A DNA stretch of 64,000 nt, taken from Desulfurococcales archaeon. Its GTDB lineage: Archaea > Thermoproteota > Thermoprotei_A > Sulfolobales > Desulfurococcaceae. Shown piece by piece: positions 19,482 through 29,054 of this stretch. Numbering within the stretch: position 1 is the first letter of the stretch; every line of letters begins with the position of its first letter. The notes under the pieces were generated by a model. The model saw nothing but the letters and a program-made list of their open reading frames with translations. It searched no databases and was not told the origin of the DNA. Both the position numbers and the translations under genes were made by a program. The DNA lies in the NCBI GenBank assembly GCA_027022365.1, contig JALVYU010000031.1:430391-494390 (forward strand), written 5' to 3'.

Positions 19482-20955
19482 GTGGAGAGGTACAGTAGAT
19501 CGATGAGGCTGCTTCGAGGTCTCCGGATCCTGCTCTATGTTTCGTCGCTAGGTTTACTTGCTTATTTCGAGTACCATTTAAGCCCGGAGATCCTTGGCTG
19601 GAGCATGTTCTTCACAGTACTATATATTGTCGTCCTATCGCTAACGCTTGGACTAGACCACGTGGTTCCCGGGGTTTTCCTCTCATACCTCTTCGCGGGA
19701 ATTGCTGGGGACGTGCTGCTCCTGAGGATTCACGGGGAGCTGATAGGGGGTTCGTGGATATACTATCTCCTGGCGTGCCTCTCCACCGGCGCCGTGTTTT
19801 GCTTCCTCGGCGGCCGAGCTATTGGAGCCGGGCCGGATAAACCCTGCCGTGACTAGAGGCTCGATAATACTGTGTAGCTTCACATCCATTGTGCTCAGCA
19901 TCTACTTGTTCAGGCTGGTCGTGCCGAGCATGCTTACTCTGAGCATGGCCCCTCTACTGATTATTGGTCTCTCGATAATCCTCTATGCTCTCCTCATACT
20001 CTACGACCAGGCATTGTTCCATCTCCTCGTCGGGGCGATCGGCGGATCGCGCTCGAGGCCCGACACGGACAAATACCTGTACTCCCAGGTGCTGGGCTTC
20101 TTCCTCTTCACCCTCACGATCATCGTTGTCCTGATACCCAATTTCAAGCCCTCCGAGAGACCCTACCTGGCCCTCAGCATACTCTACTCCTACCTGTACG
20201 GCGGCCTCTCACTATCACTCATAGCCTCGCTTTTCCTCGGCCACTCACTCATCTCCTACCCGCTGGGGAGGAGGCCGGAGATCACCGGCTATCTATCCAC
20301 AAGCATCAAGGAGTATGTCAGGCTTAGATATGTTTCCTCGCTCATCAACCTGTTCAAGCACATCGAGGCCAGTCCACGCGGGAGAAAGATCATGAGCGTG
20401 GAGGTGGTCGAGGCTCTCAGGAAGGGCTATGAGGGCCTACCTAGATATGCACGGCTAATGAGGGTTTTCGGGAAGACCAGAGATCTTCTCACGTACCTCG
20501 AGAACGTAAGGGTTCTGGAGGCAAGGCCAGACATACTTAATATGCTCCGCCAGATCGATCCCAGCGGGTATCTCGCAAAGACGTTCGAGACGATCGTGCT
20601 CCGGGCGTACAGGATGAAGATCATGGGGGACGAAAAATACACTAAGGAGATTAAACAGCTCAAGAGCCTCATACGATCCTACAAGGCGAAGACCAGTGGA
20701 GCGGATAGGGAGAAGATTATCGAGCTGCTCGATAGGCTCCGGAAGCCTAACGTGCTGGACGAACTCGTCTCCGTGTCCAGGCCTAGTCTCCGCCACCTGA
20801 GGAACAGGCTCGTCCACGGGAGGCTCAGCAGGGAGGTCATAATGATCGGTGATAGGCTCGCCGATGACCTCGAGTTCCTCGACGACCCGCTGAGCATGTA
20901 TGTTCTCTGCTCCTGCCTCCTCATATACACCGGGATGGTGCTGGGACAGGGTTAA
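19482..20955 (+). pseudogene. Polytopic membrane protein with C-terminal HEPN-like motif, split by a probable +1 frameshift (ORFs 19482-19856 and 19822-20955)
   Basis: Removing one T from the T4 run at 19797-19800 joins the ORFs (GAVFASSAAELLEP). LRNRLVHG (RxxxxH) is at 20800-20817. Could instead be two genes. Confidence 0.55.
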
Positions 20956-20992
20956 TAGGCTGGTTCCCCCCTAAGATGAGATCATACATAAT

Positions 20993-21823
20993 ATGACGCG
21001 GTGCATCGTTATGGATGCTCTGGGCCAGACGATCCCATATACCGGCGTGACCGTGTACCAGATCATAGTCTTCGCGGCAGCCATAATAGCGGGGTACATA
21101 CTGGTAAAGATAATGGTCTACGTGCTAGGCAAGACTCTCCACAGGCTCAGGGTCCCCGGCATCGTAGAGGGGCTAATCATAGGGATCGCCAAGGCTGTCG
21201 GATACATAGTTGTCATCCTATCAGCCCTACCGCTGATAGGGGTAAACACTGGTGTGGCCGGCCTCGGCTTATCCGCTATCCTTGGCCTGATACTTGGCTT
21301 CGGCCTACAGGACACGTGGGCTAATATGGCGGCAGGGGTATGGCTGGCCGTGATAAGGCCCTTCGATAAGGGCGACTACGTGGAGGTTGCGGGGTACAGC
21401 GGTGTTGTTGAGGGGATAGGCGTCATGTCCACGGTTCTCAGGACATGGGATAACGTAGTGATCACTATACCCAACAAGAATATCTGGGGAGCGCCGATCG
21501 TGAACTATACGAGGCTACCGATCAGGAGGATAACCCTCAATGTCGGCGTAGCCTACGGCACGGATCTAGACCGCGCGGTAGCGGTAGCTCTAAGCATACT
21601 CAAAAACCACCCCAAGACCCTGGACGAGCCGGAGCCGCAGGTTGTGGTCACGGAGCTCGGCGACTCCAGTATAAACCTCCAGCTGAGGGTATGGGTGAAG
21701 AAGGAGGACTACGGGCTGGTCAAGGCGGAGATCATCAAGAAGATCTATGAGGAGTTCACCAGGGCGGACATAGAAATACCGTATCCGCAGCTAGACGTGC
21801 ACATAAGGGATATGCCCCGCTAG
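20993..21823 (+). CDS. mscS: Small-conductance mechanosensitive channel
   Basis: GFGLQDTWANMAAG, RPFDKGDYV, IPN, NYT, GVAYGTD and IPYPQLDVH. Confidence 0.92.
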   Translation: MTRCIVMDALGQTIPYTGVTVYQIIVFAAAIIAGYILVKIMVYVLGKTLHRLRVPGIVEGLIIGIAKAVGYIVVILSALPLIGVNTGVAGLGLSAILGLILGFGLQDTWANMAAGVWLAVIRPFDKGDYVEVAGYSGVVEGIGVMSTVLRTWDNVVITIPNKNIWGAPIVNYTRLPIRRITLNVGVAYGTDLDRAVAVALSILKNHPKTLDEPEPQVVVTELGDSSINLQLRVWVKKEDYGLVKAEIIKKIYEEFTRADIEIPYPQLDVHIRDMPR

Positions 21824-21876
21824 ATGCTCTTTTTTACTTTGTGTATGTTACTCGGCGCTCTATGGTTCGGCCCACT

Positions 21877-21907
21877 TAATAACCAGGTTATCCAAGTAAT
21901 AATAACC
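21877..21907. promoter_or_regulatory. Putative operator upstream of the ECF transporter
   Basis: TAATAACCAGGTTATCCAAGTAATAATAACC, a near-copy of the thiDN upstream site, directly before the GTG start. Confidence 0.6.
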
Positions 21908-21909
21908 GG

Positions 21910-23379
21910 GTGAACGAAGCAGTGCTGCTCAAGTACAGCATACGCGGCGCAGGCTACGGGGAGGGCCCGGCCATAATAGAGGATGTAGCAGCGGATCTTG
22001 GGGAGGGAGGGCTGCTCGTGCTCGCGGGCCCCTCGGGCAGCGGCAAGACCACTACACTGCTAGCCATAACCGGTGTTCTCAACAACCTCCTATACGGATG
22101 GGTCGAGGGAGAATCATGGATAGCCGGGATAAACCCGCTGTCCCCCGAAGGCTTCGACGAGATCCCCACGAGGATCGGTGCCGTGCTCCAAGACCCGGAC
22201 AAGCAGCTGGCCATGCCAACCCCTTATTCAGAGGTGGCGTTCACCCTTGAGAACCTAGGGTATCCGGAGCATGTTATCCGTGAGAAGACCGTTGAGATGC
22301 TTGAGCGGCTGGGCCTCCGCGACAAGATGTACGCCCACGTCGAGGATCTAAGCGGCGGAGAGAAGAGGAGGCTGACCTTCGCCTCCGCGGTCGTCCATGA
22401 TCCCCCGCTCCTGCTCCTCGACGAGCCCTCGGCGAGCATGGATCCGTGGGGGATCAGGGAGGTCAGGGGCTTCATAAGTGATTGGAGACGGCGGGGGAAA
22501 GGCGTCTTGGTCGTCGAGCACAAGCTCCGCTACTTCCTCTGGGATGGCGCGAGGATACAGGTCTACCGCGGCGGTAGAGTGGTACGGGAGCTAGAGGCAC
22601 CGCTGTCACGGGGCGAGATCAGGTTTCTCGAGGAGATAGGCGTCGACGCCGGTCCCCCGAGAATAAGGCGTGTCAAGCCCCCCACTGGCTCGAGCCGGGT
22701 TCTAGAGGCCAGGGGCCTCGTGATAGGATACGGGGAAAACATTGTTGCAAGGGATATAGACCTGTACCTTGATAGGGGGGAGGCCGTGGCTATTATCGGG
22801 CGCAATGGTGCTGGTAAGACAACCCTCCTCAAAACACTGGCCGGCGGCCTAGACCCTCTGGACGGCGAAGTATTATTGCTGGGGGAGAAAACCTTCTCGA
22901 GACAGAGGATCGGCCGGGTCTTCTACGTGCCGCAGACTCCGGACTACCTCTTCGTCGCCCCGAGCCTTGAGGGAGAAGTAAGGGAGATAGCGGGGAAGAC
23001 TGGGAAACCCGTGGATTGGATTACGCGCTACATACCATGGTACGGGGAGGCCAGGAAGACGAGTCCCTATAGGCTGAGCCACGGGCAGAGGAGATGGCTA
23101 TCAATAATCATCGCGTACAGCTATGGGGCTCCCGTAATACTGTTGGATGAGCCCAGCAGCGGCCTCGACCTGAGACTATTTAGGAGGCTCGCGGGCCTCG
23201 TCGGCAAGCTCAGGGGGGAGGGTGTATCGTTCCTCATATCGACCCATGACCCCCGCGTTGTCGGGGAGATGTGTAGCCGGGCCTACATCCTGGATCGGGG
23301 CAGGCTCCGAGAAATAGATCGCTATAGGGCTGTGGAACTACTCGAGGAGGAGGCGGGTCTAAGCCTTGAGGAGGCCTAG
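21910..23379 (+). CDS. ECF transporter duplicated ATPase (YkoD-like)
   Basis: Two ABC domains: GPSGSGKTT..LSGGEKRR..LLDEP and GRNGAGKTT..LSHGQRR..LLDEP. Confidence 0.88.
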   Translation: MNEAVLLKYSIRGAGYGEGPAIIEDVAADLGEGGLLVLAGPSGSGKTTTLLAITGVLNNLLYGWVEGESWIAGINPLSPEGFDEIPTRIGAVLQDPDKQLAMPTPYSEVAFTLENLGYPEHVIREKTVEMLERLGLRDKMYAHVEDLSGGEKRRLTFASAVVHDPPLLLLDEPSASMDPWGIREVRGFISDWRRRGKGVLVVEHKLRYFLWDGARIQVYRGGRVVRELEAPLSRGEIRFLEEIGVDAGPPRIRRVKPPTGSSRVLEARGLVIGYGENIVARDIDLYLDRGEAVAIIGRNGAGKTTLLKTLAGGLDPLDGEVLLLGEKTFSRQRIGRVFYVPQTPDYLFVAPSLEGEVREIAGKTGKPVDWITRYIPWYGEARKTSPYRLSHGQRRWLSIIIAYSYGAPVILLDEPSSGLDLRLFRRLAGLVGKLRGEGVSFLISTHDPRVVGEMCSRAYILDRGRLREIDRYRAVELLEEEAGLSLEEA

Positions 23380-24076
23380 TACGAGCATACTCTTCATCTA
23401 CGGCCTGGCGATCACGCTCCTAGCCTTCATCTACAGGGACCCATACAGCCTCCTACTCATAAGCATACCTAACGCTGTGGCAGGTATTTATCTGGGATAC
23501 AGGAGGGCTAAGCTCATAGTGGTGTTGCTTCTCCTCAGCATATGGGGGACGTTCCTCAACGCGTACTTCCTGGCTAATCACGGCCAAGTAGTGGCTGTTC
23601 TGGGGCCGCTGGTGATACGTGAGGGAGCTGTAAGGGCGACGGCCCAGATAGGGCTCCGCCTCCTAGCAATAGCGGGGGCGGCGCTGATCTTCATAGGGGG
23701 CGCGGAGCCCGAGCAGATAATAAGGGATCTGGAGGCCGAGCTCCGACTACCGAAAACAATAACGTTCAGCCTCGCCTACGCTCTCCGCCTCATCCCACTC
23801 CTAAGAAGGGATTACAGCGAGATAATGTTCTGCCGGCGCCAGAGAGGGTACCGGAGGATCGCTTATCTGCCGGGGGACATCAAGACGCTTCTCCTACCAC
23901 TGCTCAGCATAGCGTATCAGCGCGCCATATGGGCTGGAATAACCGTGGAGCTGAGGGGCTTCAGGAAGAGGAGGCCCCGCTACAGGAGGCCTAGGATAGG
24001 CCTTGTCGAAGCACTCCTGCTCTCATGGCTCGCCCTACAGGTGGTCCTGCCCATCATGGCTGGATGGACAATGTGA
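23366..24076 (+). CDS. ECF transporter T component (EcfT/YkoC-like)
   Basis: TM segments, ALRLIP, and the conserved Arg motifs RQRG and ELRGF. Confidence 0.85.
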   Translation: MRRPSTSILFIYGLAITLLAFIYRDPYSLLLISIPNAVAGIYLGYRRAKLIVVLLLLSIWGTFLNAYFLANHGQVVAVLGPLVIREGAVRATAQIGLRLLAIAGAALIFIGGAEPEQIIRDLEAELRLPKTITFSLAYALRLIPLLRRDYSEIMFCRRQRGYRRIAYLPGDIKTLLLPLLSIAYQRAIWAGITVELRGFRKRRPRYRRPRIGLVEALLLSWLALQVVLPIMAGWTM

Positions 24077-24189
24077 TCCCCCACGGCCCCGACCATTATA
24101 TGCGTGATGAGGCGTGACGGGCTAGGGATCACATTTATAGCAAGCGTTAAATCTATGAAGAACACAATATATAAACCGCAGGTGGTTCC

Positions 24190-25140
24190 ATGCAGTATAT
24201 CAAGTCCCTCATAGTGCTCATAGTCATCGCCGCGATAACCATGTCATCCGCAGTCTACGCGGAGACAACCTACAGTATAAGGTACCACGTGGTAGTCAAC
24301 GGCGAGGTAAGCCCTCTGCTGAACATCTCGACCCGTATAAGGTGGGACTACTACTTATCCCTAAACATGACGTTCCACGGAGAAAACGTGACCATATGCT
24401 ATAGTCTCGAGGGAGCATTGATCCCGAAGCAGATCACGGCCAGGAGCGCCTGCGGCGTAGTCAACATGACGGAGCTCATGGCCCTGCCACGAGGAACCGG
24501 GGGGACAAACAACTTACTGCCCACAGTACCCCTGGGGAAAAACATCATGATCCACGGGTACAAGTTCCTCGGAGCAGGCGATTACAAGGGGCTACCAGTC
24601 TACAAGTTCCAGGCAAAGATATCCCCGCCATTCCTTGGCGGCAAAGCGAACGCCTCCATGATCAATGTCTACCTCTACGCCGGGCTACCAATACCCCTCT
24701 ACGCCTCCGCCAGCATCAATATCCTCGGAAACCTCAGCGTACTCGTAGACGCTGTTGAGGCGAACCTGCCCAGGAACGTGCCGACAGCATACACGACAAC
24801 ACACTACTACGACATAATAGCCGGGGGATTACCGGGGGCACACATAACCGTGGAGGGAGACAAAGGATCATACACGATCAAGGCAACGAACAACGGGGAC
24901 ACAGTGGGCTACATAATAGTCATATACAGGAACACAGGGTTGGCATGGGCAGAGATAATCCCGCCCGGACAAACAGTAGCCGTCAAAATACCGGTGGCGC
25001 TCCTACAGCAGGTGAGCCTAGAGACACAGGAGAACATGCAATCACCGGCAAACCAGTACATAGTTGCGGGCACAGCAGTAGCGGTTGCAATCATAGCAAC
25101 AATACTCATATACACAGCCCGTAGAAGAAAGACCTCATAA
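24190..25140 (+). CDS. Hypothetical secreted, C-terminally membrane-anchored protein
   Basis: Signal peptide, several NxS/T sequons, C-terminal TM helix followed by RRRK. Confidence 0.75.
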   Translation: MQYIKSLIVLIVIAAITMSSAVYAETTYSIRYHVVVNGEVSPLLNISTRIRWDYYLSLNMTFHGENVTICYSLEGALIPKQITARSACGVVNMTELMALPRGTGGTNNLLPTVPLGKNIMIHGYKFLGAGDYKGLPVYKFQAKISPPFLGGKANASMINVYLYAGLPIPLYASASINILGNLSVLVDAVEANLPRNVPTAYTTTHYYDIIAGGLPGAHITVEGDKGSYTIKATNNGDTVGYIIVIYRNTGLAWAEIIPPGQTVAVKIPVALLQQVSLETQENMQSPANQYIVAGTAVAVAIIATILIYTARRRKTS

Positions 25141-25251
25141 AACCGGGCAAACACCATATACGAGAACGCGTTTTTAAACACCCATCCTTAAAGCCCTATG
25201 CTCCACCAACTACTCGACCCCGCCTTGACTCCAGCCTGCTGAAAGCATCCC

Positions 25252-25563
25252 CTAGTGCTTCGCCCCACTTATTCCCTCTGCCCGATCCATACACAGGGTT
25301 GAACCCGTGTCCCACCCGTTGATCACGTGGAACACCGCCGACGCGACGCCGCGGTCGAACAACCAGCTCCTAAACACCACATACTCTACCATATCCCCTC
25401 CAACAGACCAGATTATCCCGCATCCCCGCCCCCCGAGCACATCCAGGAGCTCGCCCAGCTTCCTCCTCGAAAGCTCCACAACCGCCCACACCCTCGCATA
25501 CCTCGACAAGAGAAGCGAAGACAACAAAACCCCCAACACATCCCTATCCAGCACCACGGCCAC
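25252..25563 (-). CDS. Small hypothetical protein
   Basis: 103-aa ORF with GTG start, next to the array 3 leader; no motif. Confidence 0.45.
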   Translation of the reverse strand: MAVVLDRDVLGVLLSSLLLSRYARVWAVVELSRRKLGELLDVLGGRGCGIIWSVGGDMVEYVVFRSWLFDRGVASAVFHVINGWDTGSTLCMDRAEGISGAKH

Positions 25564-25767
25564 GAGCTAATCCCTACCCACAAGCAAAAGACGAGCATTC
25601 CGCCCCACATAGATAGGGAAAGCACCAACAACGGAACCGAGTAGCTCCAAAAACACAGCCACAACCAACAAACCATAAAAACACAAGCCCGGCACGAGAA
25701 CCCCACAACCAAAAATGAAAAAACAAACATAAACAACGGAAAATCCCGATCTCTCCTGGGAAACCGT

Positions 25768-25789
25768 GTCTTCTCTATCTGTTTGTTTC
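25768..25789 (-). repeat. Partial orphan family-B CRISPR repeat
   Basis: Minus strand reads GAAACAAACAGATAGAGAAGAC; the first 15 nt are identical to the array 2 repeat at 6576. Confidence 0.45.
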
Positions 25790-25879
25790 TGGTTGTAGAT
25801 CGTTAGACGGTGTATTTCTTTAAGGTGAAGTGTTAATGTGATCTATACTGTTCCCGGGTGGTCTTCCCTGCTGTGCCCG

Positions 25880-26014
25880 GGAGCACCATTAGGCGCTTAT
25901 TTAAGCTTTTCTACCCGAGATCCCCATGAGCTTCATGGAGAATCCGGAAACCCGAACCGACAAACCTAAAAACAATAACAAACACATAAACAACCAAAGA
26001 AACAACCAAAAACA
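25880..26014 (+). promoter_or_regulatory. Leader of CRISPR array 3
   Basis: 25912-26014 is the exact reverse complement of 63898-64000. Contains CCATGA-N3-TCATGG and an A/C-rich tract; TATA-like TTATTTAAG near 25897. Confidence 0.85.
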
Positions 26015-26830
26015 GAAACAATAAACAAAAATTGAAAGGCCGAGCAGTCCGTTCGGCAAGAACGTTAAGAGCGACTTCGAAACAATAAACAAAAATTGAA
26101 AGGCTTGTCGCCCAGAGGCATAGCCGCCAATGTAACGATGGTGCGAAACAATAAACAAAAATTGAAAGGATTAATATTATAGACATTCCAGCATTCTGAA
26201 CAACGATAAGAAACAATAAACAAAAATTGAAAGACTATGAATCCAGAGAGTAGGGCTAGGGCTATGAACCCGTAGAAACAATAAACAAAAATTGAAAGCT
26301 ACTATTGTTCTCCTTTCCCTTATGCTTCTCTCTATTAGGTTTGAAACAATAAACAAAAATTGAAAGTCACATTGATATGTTGTGTGTTCGTAGTAGCTGT
26401 CGTAATCAGAAACAATAAACAAAAATTGAAAGATAATAACAAGAGACTTACTCACAGGTTTTACTACAATGTACGGATGAAACAATAAACAAAAATTGAA
26501 AGTTCCTAGCTATGTGTTCCAGAAGAGCGACCACCCTCCAGCGAAACAATAAACAAAAATTGAAAGCAATCCAAAAGAGCTAGTAATACAACTATGGTAC
26601 AACTATAAGGAAACAATAAACAAAAATTGAAAGGCCTTAGTATTGTACCTACAGGGTCTGAATCGGCTTCCTGAAACAATAAACAAAAATTGAAAGGTAG
26701 TATATCGTTAGGGTCTCGTCGCGGTTCAAGTAGAACGGAAACAATAAACAAAAATTGAAAGTATAGCTGTTAGCAGGGTCGCTATTATGTCTCCATCACT
26801 AGCAGTGAAACAATAGACAAAAATTGAAAA
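26015..26830 (+). CRISPR. CRISPR array 3: 13 repeats GAAACAATAAACAAAAATTGAAAG (family A), 12 spacers of 39-46 nt
   Basis: Exact 24-nt repeats from 26015 to 26738, and a degenerate terminal repeat at 26807. Confidence 0.98.
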
Positions 26831-26947
26831 GGATTTTATCTATGGGAAATTGACAATATCGGTTTATTTTTTACTTGATTTTTAAGTGTTTTTTGTTAAT
26901 GTTGATGTAGTTTTGGAAAAAAAATTGTTAATTGTTTTTGGGTAGTA

Positions 26948-27166
26948 TTAGTTTTGGTAACAATATAGGTATTTGTGAAACACTTTTCTTAGGGCGTCGA
27001 TTATCGAGGCTCTGCAGTCGTTTCCCATAGGTACTATTAGTGTTCTTCGGCTATGGATGTATATGAACAGGTATTCTTTACCACAGCCGAAAGCCCTTAT
27101 TCTTTCGTATAGCTTGCATTTTATGAGGTGGGCGTAGTACTCGCTGGGAACAAACTCGACCCTCAT
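26948..27166 (-). CDS. Small hypothetical protein
   Basis: 72-aa ATG ORF between the array 3 trailer and csa3. Confidence 0.45.
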   Translation of the reverse strand: MRVEFVPSEYYAHLIKCKLYERIRAFGCGKEYLFIYIHSRRTLIVPMGNDCRASIIDALRKVFHKYLYCYQN

Positions 27167-27179
27167 GGTATCATCTGAG

Positions 27180-27203
27180 GAGATAATAAGGAAGAACTGA
27201 AAG
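27180..27203 (+). repeat. Orphan degenerate CRISPR repeat GAGATAATAAGGAAGAACTGAAAG
   Basis: 24 nt, 18/24 identical to the family A repeat; its 3' end GAACTGAAAG matches family B. Confidence 0.5.
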
Positions 27204-27766
27204 ACCCTTATTAGGATCTACTATATCTGTTTTTCCCCGGAAACGGCTCACTTGATTAATAACTATCTCCACATAATAGCTATAAGGGGGCACAGCATTC
27301 CCGCTGTCTTACAATTGGTTCTCACTTATTATCTTCGGCGTATCCCGGTATTGTCTAGGCCCGCCACGTACCTAGGATCGAAGAGACGTCAAATAAACAT
27401 GTTTATTCGACAATAACATAGTTAGTTGTTCGCCTTTTGCCTTTGCTAATATATCCTATACGTTATCCCCGTTATACCAGATAATAGCTTGCTTACACCC
27501 ACAACGCCCTTACACGAGGATAGCTCGATATAAGTACAATACCATTAGACAGTAGCTTAGTAGTGGTGTCCTATCTGTCTCTAATATTATTGCGGCATAG
27601 ACTAGATCTTTTGAGAGAAATAATTATTTTCTCGAGTCAACGAGGATATGTATACAAGGTGTATTTGACTGGTTCTCGGGAAATTTGGGTGTAGTCAGCG
27701 GCCAGTTAAAATAGTAGCATTGGGATTCCTGAAGAACAAATCAACAAGAGGTTTTGAATGGTATCA

Positions 27767-28429
27767 CTAGGCTCGGTAGATTTTTAGTAATGTTTTCGCC
27801 TTGGTTGTGAGTATGTATTTATTGTCCTTTTTTTCAACCAGGTGTTTTTCTTCGAGCTTCTTCACGGTTTTCCATATTGTTGTTTTTGGCTTTTCCAGTA
27901 TCTTCGACAGCTTTGTAAGGGTTATGCCCGGGTTTTCTTGGAGTTTTTCAAGTATTTCTAGCTCTAGTTTTGTCGGTGTTTCGCATATGGGTATGTTTTT
28001 TGGATCTATTTCTATTGATTTGTCTCTTGCCTCGATGTCTATTCTGATATCGATATCTATGTTTTCCTGCTTGATGAGTAATGCAGCAGTATATGCCTCT
28101 ATAACTAATGCTCTCAAACCTCCCCCGAGGCTTATCTTGAACTTGCTGTTTCCTCTCAGTATTTCTTTTTTAAAGATGTCCATGATCTGGGAAACAGCGG
28201 TCCAGAAGTCTTCTACGTCTACTCTGTGTAATAGTATGTTTTCCTCCTTGATCCCTGCGAGTCCCGCTATATTTTTTATTTCCTGGACGGCTTTCCTTGT
28301 CCTCTCATCAATATCCCATGATGGTACCAGTAATACTATTTTTGAGACGCCGCCCATCCCCATGGCTAATAGACTGCGTATAACGTGTCTTTCGTCAAAT
28401 CCTAGTGTTGCCAGAAGGATAGTGGTCAT
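27767..28429 (-). CDS. csa3: Csa3 CARF-wHTH transcriptional regulator
   Basis: ATLGFDE and SLGGGLRAL motifs plus a C-terminal wHTH; divergent from the I-A operon. Confidence 0.92.
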   Translation of the reverse strand: MTTILLATLGFDERHVIRSLLAMGMGGVSKIVLLVPSWDIDERTRKAVQEIKNIAGLAGIKEENILLHRVDVEDFWTAVSQIMDIFKKEILRGNSKFKISLGGGLRALVIEAYTAALLIKQENIDIDIRIDIEARDKSIEIDPKNIPICETPTKLELEILEKLQENPGITLTKLSKILEKPKTTIWKTVKKLEEKHLVEKKDNKYILTTKAKTLLKIYRA

Positions 28430-28601
28430 TTTATAAGTCACCCCTATATCTTGTTGTTAGGTGTTTAGTTTATTAATTGTTTCTCTTTATGAGAACACTT
28501 CTTATTTCTGTTCCTATATTTGGGAATAATTCTGAAACCTAAGAAACGCATAAGATTTATATACCTTTATATCTAGAAAAAGTAAATAGAGGGAGTAGAA
28601 A

Positions 28602-29051
28602 ATGTCTGGCGATGGGTATGAAAATATTGTGAAAATCATCAAGTACTTCATTGAGACGAAGCGATACGGGCCTGTAGACAGAATGGCTATGGCCATGGGT
28701 CCTGAAGCAGTAGAAATAGCGCTTTATGACATGCTCCGAACTATAAGTAGCTTATATGGTAGGAGCATTGTTGTGAGGATGAGGTCAGAAAAAGATGGTA
28801 AAGAGTTTACAGTGAGGTGCTGTGAATATGATGAGGATAAGAGGCTCGGATACGGTATTTATGGCGATGTAGTCGAGGTACTAGAGGGACAAGGCGAACT
28901 AAAAGGTAAGATCCAGTGTATGCCGTGCCCGCGTCCCCCTAGAGAAGACGAGGTAAAGGGTTTCCTTGCAAAAGTGAGAGAAGATCCGTCCTACGCGAGA
29001 AGACTTGTATTAGAGGCTTTTTCAATCCACGTGAAGGGAGAGGGTGAATAA
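28602..29051 (+). CDS. csa5: Type I-A small subunit Csa5 (Cas11)
   Basis: YGPVDRMAMA..ALYDMLR pattern; first gene before cas7. Confidence 0.8.
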   Translation: MSGDGYENIVKIIKYFIETKRYGPVDRMAMAMGPEAVEIALYDMLRTISSLYGRSIVVRMRSEKDGKEFTVRCCEYDEDKRLGYGIYGDVVEVLEGQGELKGKIQCMPCPRPPREDEVKGFLAKVREDPSYARRLVLEAFSIHVKGEGE

Positions 29052-29054
29052 AGA

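Noticed and set aside
27204-27295. Orphan-repeat spacer matching CCCTTAT near 27285
   Set aside because: Only a 7-nt match and no CCN PAM; too weak.
28478-28530. Imperfect palindromes between csa3 and csa5 as Csa3 operators
   Set aside because: Plausible by position, but short, imperfect and not repeated elsewhere.
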